From: an archaeon
Lineage (GTDB): Archaea > Aenigmatarchaeota > Aenigmatarchaeia > GW2011-AR5
DNA: 64,000 nt
Direction: 5' to 3'
Assembly: GCA_028279825.1 (NCBI GenBank)
Contig: JANQNA010000007.1
Location: 89,409-153,408, forward strand
Position numbers and translations under genes: made by a program. Each line of letters starts with the position of its first letter. Position 1 is the stretch's first letter. The notes under the pieces are model-generated. The model was not told the DNA's origin. It did not search any database and saw only the letters and a list, made by a program, of their open reading frames with translations. This document shows, one piece after another, positions 1 to 10,015 of this stretch.

Positions 1-12
1 GTTGCAAAGTAC

Positions 13-564
13 GTGCAGGACGTTAAAGGTAAACTTTTTGATTACAGGAAAAAGATGTATCTAATTGCTTCTTTTCTTGTAGTTTTTGCCCTTGCTGCCG
101 GATTTGGCCTGAATGACATGCTTCCATTTTATGAACCATGGATTGTCGGCATATTCTTCTTGCTTGCAGTTGTATTTGCTTTGCATCCAAAGAGGAAGCA
201 GCTTCTTCTTGGAGCTTCCATAGGATTGTCTATATTCTTCCTTATCGGGACGTCGTTTTTGGTAAACATAAACTCTTCTGTAGTTCAGCAAATGGTGGAT
301 GAAACAGAATCAAGAGGCTATCCATACAAAGAACTGTGGACTACAAGAGACATATCAATGTACCTATCTGAGGAAGGTGAGCTAATGTTTTTGCAGAGAG
401 CGGCCTTTGGCGAGGACTTTGTAGTAAATAATAACGTGGAGTATTTTGCTTTTTATTCAATATATAGAGAGAATGACATAATGGAGATGTCCAAACTCTG
501 TGAGGACGAGCCATTCTTTGCCAGAGTAAACGGCAGAAATGTTGGGCTGGTCTGTAAAATGTGA
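13..564 (+). CDS. hypothetical membrane protein
   Basis: 183-aa ORF with a GTG start. Hydrophobic helices LIASFLVVFALAAGFGL, IVGIFFLLAVVFAL and IGLSIFFLIGTSFLV. Its stop overlaps the next start (GTGA), so it heads the glycosylation operon. No catalytic motif recognised. Confidence 0.5.
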   Translation: MQDVKGKLFDYRKKMYLIASFLVVFALAAGFGLNDMLPFYEPWIVGIFFLLAVVFALHPKRKQLLLGASIGLSIFFLIGTSFLVNINSSVVQQMVDETESRGYPYKELWTTRDISMYLSEEGELMFLQRAAFGEDFVVNNNVEYFAFYSIYRENDIMEMSKLCEDEPFFARVNGRNVGLVCKM

Positions 565-1268
565 TTTTAATGGATTCAATTGTTGTACCTGCTTATAATG
601 AAGAAAAAAGAATTCTGAAGACTTTGCAGGCTTACACGAACCATTTCAAAAAACGAAAACATGAACTTGTTGTTGTTTGTGACGGCTGTACTGACAGGAC
701 TGTGGATATTGTAAAAGATTTTTCAAGGCGAAACAGGAACGTGAGACTTCTGGAAAAACCAAACAGGCTCGGAAAGGGAGGTGGCGTTTATTTTGGATTT
801 TCAAAATGCAATGGTGAAACAATCGGATTCACGGATGCCGACAATGCCATTGGCCCAAAAGAATATGAGAAACTTCTGGAAGAACTGAAAACTACGGATT
901 CTGTTATTGCTTCACGCAGAAGAAAGGGTTCGGTCACTATTGTCCCACAAACTAAAGCCTGGGTACTTGCAATGAGATTTTCGAGCAGGGTTTACAATGT
1001 TCTTGTTAATCTTATGTTCGGGATAAACGTAAGGGATACCCAGTGCGGCGCAAAGATAATGAAACGGAAGGTCTATAATGATATTAAAAAAGAATTAAGA
1101 CTTACGGGCTTTGAATTCGACGTGGAACTTATATGGAGAATAAAGAAGCATGGTTATGCTGTAAGAGAGGTCGGAATAAAATGGGTGCATAACCTTGATT
1201 CAAAATCAAGCCTGAAAAACTCTTACAGAATGTTCAGGTCTTTATTGAAAAGGCGGAGAGAAGGATGA
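561..1268 (+). CDS. family 2 glycosyltransferase (polyprenyl/dolichyl-phosphate hexosyltransferase-like)
   Basis: 235 aa. GT-A signatures VVPAYNEE, CDGCTDRT and DxD-like FTDADNA. Alternative ATG start at 570. Confidence 0.8.
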   Translation: MILMDSIVVPAYNEEKRILKTLQAYTNHFKKRKHELVVVCDGCTDRTVDIVKDFSRRNRNVRLLEKPNRLGKGGGVYFGFSKCNGETIGFTDADNAIGPKEYEKLLEELKTTDSVIASRRRKGSVTIVPQTKAWVLAMRFSSRVYNVLVNLMFGINVRDTQCGAKIMKRKVYNDIKKELRLTGFEFDVELIWRIKKHGYAVREVGIKWVHNLDSKSSLKNSYRMFRSLLKRRREG

Positions 1269-2071
1269 AATGCAATTTATGCGACGGAAACAAATTTGAC
1301 CAGGCTTTGGGCGTAAAGAGCCTTGTTTTGTGCAAACAGTGTGGTCTTATTTTCTTCAGGAAACAGCCTACGACCAGCCAGATAAAGAAATTTTACAATA
1401 CGGAGATATTTTCCCCTGCCGAATACTACAAGAGAATGGAGAAGGCTGACAAAAAGAATTTTTCTATAGTCCTGAAAAAAGTTTCTAAAATTAAAAAGAG
1501 AGGCAAGGTTCTTGACGTAGGCTGTTCAACGGGCAACCTTCTAGAGATGGCAAGGAAGTACGGCTGGTCTACCTTTGGGCTGGAGCTTAATGACAAGGCC
1601 GTCAAGGAATGCCAGAGGAAGAAGCTCAACGTAAAGAAGAAAGAACTTAACAACGGCACATTTCCTAATGATCATTTTGACTGGATTAACCTAGGCGATG
1701 TTATAGAGCACGTTAAAGATCCAAAGGGACTCCTCAGGATTTGTAATAGAAAATTAAAGAAAGGCGGTGTACTTACTCTTTCAACACCTGACATATCAAG
1801 ATGGCTTGCAAGGAAGTTCCAGATAAAACCAGACGAGCACATTTTCTACTTCAGCAGGGGCACAATCAAACTTATTCTGGAGAAGACGGGGTTCAGGATT
1901 GTGCAAATAAAGGGTTACACACCATACAGGAATCTTTCTGCACTTGCACACAGCTCGGCATTTAACCAGAGACCTACGAAAAAAGTTTTCAGCTTCCTGG
2001 GAAAATTCGGAAACCTGTCAATCAAAATGCCACTAAAGGATGAAGTGTATGTTGTTGCTGTAAAGAATTAG
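1265..2071 (+). CDS. class I SAM-dependent methyltransferase with N-terminal zinc ribbon
   Basis: 268 aa. CNLCDG...CKQCG zinc ribbon, then SAM motif VLDVGCSTG and LGDVIEHV. ATGA overlap with the upstream gene. Confidence 0.75.
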   Translation: MKCNLCDGNKFDQALGVKSLVLCKQCGLIFFRKQPTTSQIKKFYNTEIFSPAEYYKRMEKADKKNFSIVLKKVSKIKKRGKVLDVGCSTGNLLEMARKYGWSTFGLELNDKAVKECQRKKLNVKKKELNNGTFPNDHFDWINLGDVIEHVKDPKGLLRICNRKLKKGGVLTLSTPDISRWLARKFQIKPDEHIFYFSRGTIKLILEKTGFRIVQIKGYTPYRNLSALAHSSAFNQRPTKKVFSFLGKFGNLSIKMPLKDEVYVVAVKN

Positions 2072-3561
2072 CAACTGTAAATCTCTATAAGATCTATTCC
2101 ATTCTTTGTGACGGTCTCTTTTATCGTACAATCATGGTTCTCCAGATATTCAATTGCTTCGTCATTCTGCATGCCGTCATTTATTCCTTTCACTACACAG
2201 TCAGGCGAATCACTGAGCTCCAGGTCCAGATAATTCTTTATTGTAAACACGTAGAAACCACCCGCCATAAAAGATTCACATCCTTCAAGACCTTCAACCA
2301 TTCCTCTTACACCTTCACCAAATCTTCCTTCTGACTCAGGAAGCTGTAAAACATTGTTAAGACTGTTGTAGTGAAGCGCGTAGCTTGGTGCTGCCACAAA
2401 CGCCTGTGCAAACAGCAGGACGAACAGTACCAATGCGGCTATATATTGCAATGCATGTTTTTTCTTCAGCATGGGTTCGACGAGTCTTATTGAATTCGCG
2501 GCTATTACTGCAAGGAAGGGAATTATTATTGCTATGTATCGGTATGTAAATCTTACATCCTGTGCCCAGAACAGGGCGAAGAACAAAAATGTTATTATGA
2601 ATATGTATGTATCCGGCTTTCTGACCTTTCTCATCGCATATAAACCGGCTAAGAACAGCACTATAAAGAGAAGACTTTCTTTTGCAAGGAAAAAGAAGAA
2701 ATGACCTATTATTGGTATTGATAGAAGCAGGCTGTCCGTTGAAGCCAGGCTTATTTCGGTTGCCCTGTAACCGAAAACTAACAGAATAGTCGGAATTTCT
2801 GTACTGATATGATTTACCCTACCTTCGACGTCAACGGTAATTTCCGTTGAAAGCGGAAACAGTGCCAAAGGCCATATAATGAAAAACGCTGCTATAGAAA
2901 CAATAACAGCTTTGATAAATTTGTTGTTTATAGAAATTGTAAAGTTTGGCCTTATTTTTATGATTATTATTTTGTATATCAATGCAAGTATTATGAGTGT
3001 TACTACAGCATTAAGAAAGACAGTCTTGGCTAGTATGCCTAAAGCCATTGTGATTCCTAAAAGAACAGCGTTCTTGTTTGTCTGTTTTTGTAAAAACTCC
3101 CAGAACAGGTAAAACAACAGGACATAAAAGAATGCGATGGCGGCTTCAAATTGGACGTACCGGCTCATTTGAACGTGTATAAGGGAAAATGCTGTGAACA
3201 TGGCGGCTAAAAGAGCCACCCTGTTGTTGTATAGTTTTCTGGCGAAAACAAATATCATGAGTATTGTTAATGACCCAAAAATAGCTGATAACAGTCTTAA
3301 TGCCAATTCGGCAGGACTGAAGATGAATGCAAACACCGTTGAAAGGTATTTCATCAGCGGGGTTTCTGCAAATATGAAGAAATTCTTCGTCAGGTCTCCC
3401 GTCTGGAACTCCTGCACGGCCTGGTAGACCTCTACTTCCCCGAAACCGAAGTTTTCCCATGTAAGGTTCTGGAATCTGAGGAAAATACCTGCTGCCAGGA
3501 TAATTAGCAACAATACAACTGCTTTGTTGTATTTCATAATAAGCCCTACTCCAGAAACCAT
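2068..3561 (-). CDS. polytopic GT-C-type glycosyltransferase (ArnT/PMT_2-like)
   Basis: 497 aa with at least 10 hydrophobic helices. The N-terminal third resembles the ArnT/PMT_2 family (…FARKLYNNRVALLAAMFTAF…). Soluble Cys-containing C-terminal domain. Alternative start at 3537. Confidence 0.6.
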   Translation of the reverse strand: MVSGVGLIMKYNKAVVLLLIILAAGIFLRFQNLTWENFGFGEVEVYQAVQEFQTGDLTKNFFIFAETPLMKYLSTVFAFIFSPAELALRLLSAIFGSLTILMIFVFARKLYNNRVALLAAMFTAFSLIHVQMSRYVQFEAAIAFFYVLLFYLFWEFLQKQTNKNAVLLGITMALGILAKTVFLNAVVTLIILALIYKIIIIKIRPNFTISINNKFIKAVIVSIAAFFIIWPLALFPLSTEITVDVEGRVNHISTEIPTILLVFGYRATEISLASTDSLLLSIPIIGHFFFFLAKESLLFIVLFLAGLYAMRKVRKPDTYIFIITFLFFALFWAQDVRFTYRYIAIIIPFLAVIAANSIRLVEPMLKKKHALQYIAALVLFVLLFAQAFVAAPSYALHYNSLNNVLQLPESEGRFGEGVRGMVEGLEGCESFMAGGFYVFTIKNYLDLELSDSPDCVVKGINDGMQNDEAIEYLENHDCTIKETVTKNGIDLIEIYSC

Positions 3562-3597
3562 TAAAACCTTTTAAATTTTAATAGAACCTGTGATTCT

Positions 3598-4947
3598 ATG
3601 AAGGTTCTGATCATATTCCCACCACAAAGCCTCGAGGAGAGGTATTCGCATAGCATATCTGATGTAGGTGGTTTTCTGCCACCGTTAGGTCTCTGCTACA
3701 TGGCTGCAGTGCTTGAAAAGGATGGCCATGAAGTTCGTATTATGGACTGCCCTGTCAACAATTATGGTTCAAAGGACATAATTGAGGAAGTAAAGAATTT
3801 CCACCCTGAACTTGTAGGGATAGCTGCTATAACTTCTCTTGCAGCCGTTACAAAGGAATTGTGCGATCTGATAAAGACAAATTCGCCTGAAACAACAGTT
3901 CTTCTTGGCGGTCCGCACGCGACAATAATGCCGGATGAACTTGCAAAGACCACAAAAGCAGACATAATAGTCAAACAGGAAGCAGATAACATAATAACTG
4001 ATATTGTAAAGGACCTTGACAAGTATAAACAGGAAAAAATAGTTGACGCAGGCAAGGTAAAGGACCTGGATTCATTGCCTTTTCCTGCCAGACATCTTCT
4101 GGACATGAAAAAATACTCTTCCCTGCCTAATAATTACAAGAAAGACCCGCGTACTTTTCAGATGGTTACATCCCGCGGGTGTCCATTTACATGTACTTTT
4201 TGTTTTGATGCCAAGGGTCTTTTCAGACAGAGAAGTGTTGAAAATGTCATGCAGGAAATAAGATCCCTGAAGGAAAAATACAACATAAAGGAGATTGCTT
4301 TCTGGGACGATATATTCACTCTTAACAAAGAATGGGTCCATGAATTCTGCAAGGAAATGGAGAAGGAAAAAATAATCTGGTCTTGTTATACCAGGCTGGA
4401 TGTTGTTGACGAGCCAATGCTCAGGGCAATGAAAAAGTCAGGCTGCTGGAACATATTCTTTGGTATTGAATCCGGCGCGCAGGAGCTTCTTGACAACATA
4501 ACAAAGAGAATGACCGTTGAACAGATGAAAGAAAAGGTTAGAATCGTCAAGAAGGTTGGTATAGAGATAAGAGGATCTTTCATGATTGGTCTGCCCGGAG
4601 AAACGCCGGAACTTGCAAGGAAGACGATACAGCTTGCAATTGATATGGATCCTGATTATGCCCAGTTTTCTATAACTACACCGTATCCCGGCACCCAGTT
4701 ATGGGACAATTACGAGAAATACGGCACACTTAACAAAAACTTTACTGATTATAACGGATGGATGCCTGTTTTCGTGCCTTTTGGCTACAAGAGCAGGGAA
4801 GAGCTTCAGGAGATGCACAAGGAAGCTTTCAGGAGATTCTACAAACGCCCGAAATATATCCTGAAAAGAATCTCAAAGACAAGATCTTTTTCTGACATAA
4901 AGAGAAACATCAAGGGAATGAAGGTTGTTACCGGCATGTCAAGCTAG
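3598..4947 (+). CDS. B12-binding (class B) radical SAM enzyme
   Basis: 449 aa. N-terminal cobalamin-binding-like Rossmann domain (MKVLIIFPP…GIAAITS). Radical SAM cluster motif SRGCPFTCTFC (CxxxCxxC). Confidence 0.85.
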   Translation: MKVLIIFPPQSLEERYSHSISDVGGFLPPLGLCYMAAVLEKDGHEVRIMDCPVNNYGSKDIIEEVKNFHPELVGIAAITSLAAVTKELCDLIKTNSPETTVLLGGPHATIMPDELAKTTKADIIVKQEADNIITDIVKDLDKYKQEKIVDAGKVKDLDSLPFPARHLLDMKKYSSLPNNYKKDPRTFQMVTSRGCPFTCTFCFDAKGLFRQRSVENVMQEIRSLKEKYNIKEIAFWDDIFTLNKEWVHEFCKEMEKEKIIWSCYTRLDVVDEPMLRAMKKSGCWNIFFGIESGAQELLDNITKRMTVEQMKEKVRIVKKVGIEIRGSFMIGLPGETPELARKTIQLAIDMDPDYAQFSITTPYPGTQLWDNYEKYGTLNKNFTDYNGWMPVFVPFGYKSREELQEMHKEAFRRFYKRPKYILKRISKTRSFSDIKRNIKGMKVVTGMSS

Positions 4948-4978
4948 TTATTAATCCTTTTCTGTAAATCAACTTAAA

Positions 4979-5932
4979 ATGGCGAATGTACTGATAACCG
5001 GATGCGGTGGATTCATTGGTTCCCACCTTGCTGATTATCTGGTTAAGAGGGGAGACACTGTATACGGAACTACATTCAGTTTTGACGGGTCAAAGAATAT
5101 AGATCATCTTAAAGACAGGATAAATATAATCAAGTGCGATATGAAGAACAGGGAGGATGTGGAAAGGGCTGTCAAGGAGTCAAAACCTGATTTTGTTTTT
5201 CATATGGCTGCACAGAGCTTTGTTGTCCCTTCCTGGGAGGATCCTGAGAAGACTTTCCAGACGAACATATTTGGTACTCTTTATCTTTTTGAGGCGCTGG
5301 AAAAATACTCACCGGAAGCTGTTATAGGTGTTGCATGCAGTTCTGCTGAGTATGGTCATATAAAAGAAGATGAGGTTCCTGTTGGCGAGGACGGCAAGTT
5401 CAGACCGTCAAGTCCTTATGCCGTTAGCAAGATAGGGCAGGATATGCTTTCTTACCTTTACTGGAGAGCCCAGAACATGAAGATAATACGGATCAGGTTC
5501 TTTAACATAACCGGTCCAAGAAAGATTCTTGACATGTGTTCTGATTTTTCCAAAGGTATAGCTGAGGTTGAAGCCGGCAAAAAGGATAAACTGACGGTGG
5601 GTAATCTTGAAGGACTGAGAGATATAACTGATGTTCGCGACGCTGTAAAGGGGATTGTGCTTCTTTCACAGAAAGGAACACACGGAGATGTTTATAACGT
5701 ATGTTCCGGGAAAGCGATAAAGGTCGGCGATGTACTTGAAAAGCTTCTTTCTATGGCAAAAAAAGAGATAAAAGTGGAAAGTTCACCTGATCTGAGAAGA
5801 AAGATAGATGATCCGCTGTTTTTAGGGGACAATTCAAAACTGTTTAATCTGGGCTGGAAACTCGAAATTCCAATAGAAGATACACTTTCTGATATGCTCG
5901 AATACTGGCGTGACAGGGTGAACAATAGTTAG
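4979..5932 (+). CDS. NAD(P)-dependent NDP-sugar dehydratase/epimerase/reductase (extended SDR)
   Basis: 317 aa. GCGGFIGSHL glycine motif and catalytic YAVSK (YxxxK). Substrate not assignable by eye. Confidence 0.8.
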   Translation: MANVLITGCGGFIGSHLADYLVKRGDTVYGTTFSFDGSKNIDHLKDRINIIKCDMKNREDVERAVKESKPDFVFHMAAQSFVVPSWEDPEKTFQTNIFGTLYLFEALEKYSPEAVIGVACSSAEYGHIKEDEVPVGEDGKFRPSSPYAVSKIGQDMLSYLYWRAQNMKIIRIRFFNITGPRKILDMCSDFSKGIAEVEAGKKDKLTVGNLEGLRDITDVRDAVKGIVLLSQKGTHGDVYNVCSGKAIKVGDVLEKLLSMAKKEIKVESSPDLRRKIDDPLFLGDNSKLFNLGWKLEIPIEDTLSDMLEYWRDRVNNS

Positions 5933-5987
5933 ATAAGTGTACCAATACCAATTAAAAAGTTCTTAATATCTGAATGATAGTGATCTG

Positions 5988-6689
5988 ATGAAAGTCGTTA
6001 TTTTATGCGGTGGAAAGGGTGAACGAATGGGTCCTATAAGCTCTACTACCCCGAAACCGCTAATACAGATAGGCGAAAAACCTGTTTTGTGGCATATAAT
6101 GAAGACATTCGAATCTCACGGGTTCAAGGACTTTATTTTGTGTCTTGGTTACAAAGGTGACAAGATAAGAGAGCACTTTTCAAAGAATTATGACCACTGG
6201 AACATTGAATTCGTTGATACAGGACTGGAGTCCAAAAAATCAGAACGTCTGGCCATGGTGAAGGATTTAATAAAGGATGATAATTTCATGCTTTCTTACG
6301 GTGATGATCTTTCAGATGTGGACATAGAGAAGGTTGTGGAGACCCATAAGAAAATGGGCAGGATGGTGACATTAACTGCAGTGAAACTCACATCACCATT
6401 TGGCCTGGTTGATATACAGGAAGATTCAAGTGTCACGGGATTCAAAGAAAAACCTGTCATAGACAAATGGATTAACGGCGGCTATATGGTTCTCAACAGG
6501 AAAATCTTTGACCACCTTCATGAGGGTGAGCTTGAAGACGATGTATTTAAGAAACTTGTTGAGATGGGAGAGATATGTGCACACAAACATCCCGGCAGAT
6601 GGAAGAGTATGAGCACATTAAAGGATAATACTGAACTAAATAACATGTGGAATAACCAACAGGCTTATTGGAAAAAGTGGGATGATTGA
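5988..6689 (+). CDS. rfbF: glucose-1-phosphate cytidylyltransferase
   Basis: 233 aa. The N-terminus MKVVILCGGKGERMG…TPKPLIQIGEKPVLWHIMK matches the RfbF/DdhA signature. The CDP-glucose dehydratase-like gene follows directly. Confidence 0.8.
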   Translation: MKVVILCGGKGERMGPISSTTPKPLIQIGEKPVLWHIMKTFESHGFKDFILCLGYKGDKIREHFSKNYDHWNIEFVDTGLESKKSERLAMVKDLIKDDNFMLSYGDDLSDVDIEKVVETHKKMGRMVTLTAVKLTSPFGLVDIQEDSSVTGFKEKPVIDKWINGGYMVLNRKIFDHLHEGELEDDVFKKLVEMGEICAHKHPGRWKSMSTLKDNTELNNMWNNQQAYWKKWDD

Positions 6690-7674
6690 AATGTATTGGC
6701 AAGGCAAGCGCGTTTTTGTAACAGGGGCAACAGGATTTCTCGGATCCTGGATAGCCAAACAGCTCACGGAATCCGGTGCACATGTAACAGTTCTTATAAG
6801 GGATGTACCTGCTAATTCAAACTTCTTTCTTTCAGGACTGGACAAAAAAACAAACATGGTTAATGGTGATGTAAAGGATTTAGAGACCGTGTCGCGTACG
6901 CTGAATGAGTACGAGATTGATACTGTTATACATCTTGCAGCCCAGGCACTGGTAAAACCGGCTGTGAACAATCCTGTAGAGACGTTTGAGGTTAACGTAA
7001 GAGGTACATGGAATGTTCTGGAGGCTGCCAGAAGAAACAACGTGGAAAGACTTGTGATGGCTTCAAGCGACAAGGCATACGGTTCGCATGAAATTCTGCC
7101 TTATGATGAAGATGCTATGCTTAAGGGAAGGTTCCCTTATGACGTTTCAAAGTCCTGTGCAGACATGCTAGGCCAGGCGTACTTTGCAACATATGGGTTA
7201 CCTGTTGGTATCACACGTTGCGGCAATCTTTACGGTCCAGGTGATATGAATTTCAGCCGTATCGTTCCGGGTACGATGAGGTCCATTATAAAGAATGAAA
7301 ACCCTGTTATCAGGAGTGACGGGACTTTCAAGAGAGACTACTTTTTTATCAGGGACGCAGTTGACGGATACCTGACACTGGCAAAGGCACTTGACCAGCA
7401 GAACATACGTGGCCAGGCGTTTAACCTTGCACCACAAAGACCTCTGACAGTACTGGAGCTGTTCAAGAAAATGATAGAAGTTTCGGGAAAAACACACCTC
7501 GAGCCTGTAATTAAGAATGAAGCAAAGCAGGAAATAAAAGACCAATATTTGTCCAACAAGAAAGCAAAAACAGTGCTTAACTGGTCTCCAAAATTTGCTG
7601 TTGAGGAAGGATTGAAAGAAACTTTTGACTGGTATGTTAAATTCTTTGGCAGCGAATCTATAGATAGATACTAG
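6682..7674 (+). CDS. rfbG: CDP-glucose 4,6-dehydratase
   Basis: 330-aa extended SDR. N-terminus YWQGKRVFVTGATGFLGSW is typical of RfbG/DdhB. Catalytic YDVSK. 8-nt overlap with rfbF. Confidence 0.8.
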   Translation: MIEMYWQGKRVFVTGATGFLGSWIAKQLTESGAHVTVLIRDVPANSNFFLSGLDKKTNMVNGDVKDLETVSRTLNEYEIDTVIHLAAQALVKPAVNNPVETFEVNVRGTWNVLEAARRNNVERLVMASSDKAYGSHEILPYDEDAMLKGRFPYDVSKSCADMLGQAYFATYGLPVGITRCGNLYGPGDMNFSRIVPGTMRSIIKNENPVIRSDGTFKRDYFFIRDAVDGYLTLAKALDQQNIRGQAFNLAPQRPLTVLELFKKMIEVSGKTHLEPVIKNEAKQEIKDQYLSNKKAKTVLNWSPKFAVEEGLKETFDWYVKFFGSESIDRY

Positions 7675-8111
7675 TGATTCTTATGATAAGTGGAGTTGTT
7701 GTAAAACCTCTGAAGCAGTTTCCTGATGAAAGAGGAAAAGTAATGCACATGGTTAGGTCTACAGATGAGGTTTTTGAAAAATTCGGAGAGATTTATTTTT
7801 CTACATGCAATCCCAATGCTGTCAAGGCGTGGAAACTTCACAAGAAAAAAACTTCCATATACTGTGTTGTTGCCGGTGATGCAAAGATAGTTTTACATGA
7901 CATGAGAGAAGAATCCGAAAGCAGGGGTAAAACAACAGAAATCAAGGCAGGCGAGAGTAATTATATACTGGTGAAAATACCACCGGGCGTTGCTCATGGT
8001 TTTAAGTGTATAAGTAATAAAAGTGCTATGATAGCAAATTTGGCTTCTGAACCGTATGATTCAGCAGACAACTTTGATATAGAAGCGGAGAAAATAAATT
8101 ATACGTGGTAA
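7674..8111 (+). CDS. small cupin NDP-sugar epimerase / 3,4-ketoisomerase-like protein
   Basis: 145 aa. FPDERGK near the N-terminus and …GVAHGF… near the C-terminus, as in RmlC-type epimerases and FdtA/QdtA ketoisomerases. Shorter than classical RmlC. GTG start overlaps the upstream stop by 1 nt; an ATG alternative is at 7683. Confidence 0.6.
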   Translation: MILMISGVVVKPLKQFPDERGKVMHMVRSTDEVFEKFGEIYFSTCNPNAVKAWKLHKKKTSIYCVVAGDAKIVLHDMREESESRGKTTEIKAGESNYILVKIPPGVAHGFKCISNKSAMIANLASEPYDSADNFDIEAEKINYTW

Positions 8112-8112
8112 A

Positions 8113-9015
8113 ATGCACGTAACTATAACCGGCGGTTTTGGTTTTGTCGGCAGCCATTGCGCCGAATATTTCAAGGAAAAGGGACATGATGTTACTATTT
8201 TTGCTAGACATATCCCTCCTTTTATGGAGTCATGGGCCAAAAATTATGACGTTGTCATAGGAGATATCAAACAAGAAGAGCCTGACCTGAAAGGCGACAT
8301 GGTTATACACTGCGCTTCTGTTAATGAGACAAAAGGCAAGACACTTGCAGACTTTATAGAAACCAACTGTACCGGGACACGCAACGTTATACAATCCTGT
8401 ATTGCAAACAATGTTAAAAAATTCCTCAAGGTGTCAACTATTCATGCCTATGGCATAAGACCTGGCATAATAACTGAAGAGAGTTCCCATCATCCGGAAA
8501 CGCCATACGGTATAAGTCACATGCTATCTGATCAGATCTGCATGAGTTATGCAAACAAAATAGACACCACTGTTGTCAGAATGTCAAATACTTTCGGCCC
8601 GCCGGTTAATCCTCACATAGACCGATGGACTCTTGTTGTGAATAATTTCTGCCTGCAGGCAGTAAAGACAGCCAAAATCGTTCTGAACACCAAAGGACAC
8701 CAGAGAAGAGATTTTGTGGACATAAGGGAAGCTGTGAGAGCCTTTGACTTCATCCTGAAACATAACAAATATTCAGGCAGTATTTTTAACGTGGGAGGAG
8801 AGTGTATACTTCCTATACAGGAAGTGGCTTTGAGGGTTGCGGCCCAGCATAAAAAAAGATACGACAAGGATGTAAGCATCATACTTGGTGACAAAGAAGA
8901 GACTGTTACAGGTTTTATGTTTTCTATAGAAAAACTAAAGAAACTTGGATTCATTCCTAAAGAAAACATGAACGCTGTTATAAACAGTTTATTTGACGTG
9001 TGTGAGAAGATATGA
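8113..9015 (+). CDS. extended SDR NDP-sugar epimerase/reductase with atypical YxxxH active-site motif
   Basis: 300 aa. TGGFGFVGSH glycine motif. The catalytic region reads PYGISH rather than YxxxK. Confidence 0.7.
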   Translation: MHVTITGGFGFVGSHCAEYFKEKGHDVTIFARHIPPFMESWAKNYDVVIGDIKQEEPDLKGDMVIHCASVNETKGKTLADFIETNCTGTRNVIQSCIANNVKKFLKVSTIHAYGIRPGIITEESSHHPETPYGISHMLSDQICMSYANKIDTTVVRMSNTFGPPVNPHIDRWTLVVNNFCLQAVKTAKIVLNTKGHQRRDFVDIREAVRAFDFILKHNKYSGSIFNVGGECILPIQEVALRVAAQHKKRYDKDVSIILGDKEETVTGFMFSIEKLKKLGFIPKENMNAVINSLFDVCEKI

Positions 9016-9953
9016 AAGTTTCTGTAGTAATACCGTCTCATAATAGAAGAGAGAAAGTTAAACAGGCTGTAAAATCCCTCGTCAACCAGGATTTTCCCAA
9101 GAAAGACTACGAGATAATTGTTGTTTCTGACTCCTGGGACGGTACGGAACAAGCCATAGCAAAAATAAAAAAGAATTCTAAAGTCAGAATAAGCTTTTTC
9201 CGAAAAGAAAGTGACGGTCCATCACAAAAGAGGAATGTCGGCTGGAAAAACGCCAAGGGAAATATAGTTGCGTTTATAGATGATGACTGTGTAGCGGGCC
9301 GTGAGTGGCTGAAAAACATTCATGATGCTTTTCAAGGCAAAGTTGGTGCAGTTGAGGGAAAAACACTGACGGATGACGGCATAGGTCCTTTCACACATTA
9401 TATTCTTAATGAAAGAGGCGGCCAGTATATGACATGTAACATGGCCTATAAGAGAGAACTTCTCAAGAAAATGGGCGGATTTGACGAAAATTTCACAACT
9501 CCGGTTACGATAAACAGAGAAGATTCGGACCTTGCCTTTTCTATCATGGAAAAGGGGTACAGGATTGCGTTTGCAAGAAATGCTATTGTGAGGCATCCTG
9601 TTGTGAAGACAGGACTTGTTAACAGACTCAAGAAAAAGAAAGAGTTTTTTGTTGATCCACTGCTTTATAAGAAACACCCGGAGCTTTACAAGTCCAGAAT
9701 AAAGTTCCCTTTCGAAATGTTTACGCCATTTTACATACTTTTCACGGCTCTGTCTCTGTTATTTTGGCAGTCAATACTGTTGATATTTTTGATAGGACTT
9801 TATGAGTTAATGCACAGAAAATGGTCAGTTTCTTTCACAGAATTCTTCAAGTTTCTTGTGCTGCAGGTAGTAGGATCGTTCATAGTTGTTATTTTCTACC
9901 TTTACGGTTGTGTTCATTTCAGGGTTAACCCGCTCCGGCCATTGTTAATTTAG
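9012..9953 (+). CDS. family 2 glycosyltransferase with C-terminal membrane anchor
   Basis: 313 aa. VVIPSHNR and FIDDDC (DxD). The last ~90 aa form hydrophobic helices. ATGA overlap with the upstream gene. Confidence 0.75.
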   Translation: MKVSVVIPSHNRREKVKQAVKSLVNQDFPKKDYEIIVVSDSWDGTEQAIAKIKKNSKVRISFFRKESDGPSQKRNVGWKNAKGNIVAFIDDDCVAGREWLKNIHDAFQGKVGAVEGKTLTDDGIGPFTHYILNERGGQYMTCNMAYKRELLKKMGGFDENFTTPVTINREDSDLAFSIMEKGYRIAFARNAIVRHPVVKTGLVNRLKKKKEFFVDPLLYKKHPELYKSRIKFPFEMFTPFYILFTALSLLFWQSILLIFLIGLYELMHRKWSVSFTEFFKFLVLQVVGSFIVVIFYLYGCVHFRVNPLRPLLI

Positions 9954-10015
9954 TTTTGTACCAATACTAATAAAAACCCAAAATGGCTTAAAACGTTTCT
10001 CTTGAAAGTGATATA

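Noticed and set aside
8613-9152. 179-aa minus-strand ORF
   Set aside because: It is antisense to two motif-bearing plus-strand genes (SDR and GT2) that are translationally coupled.
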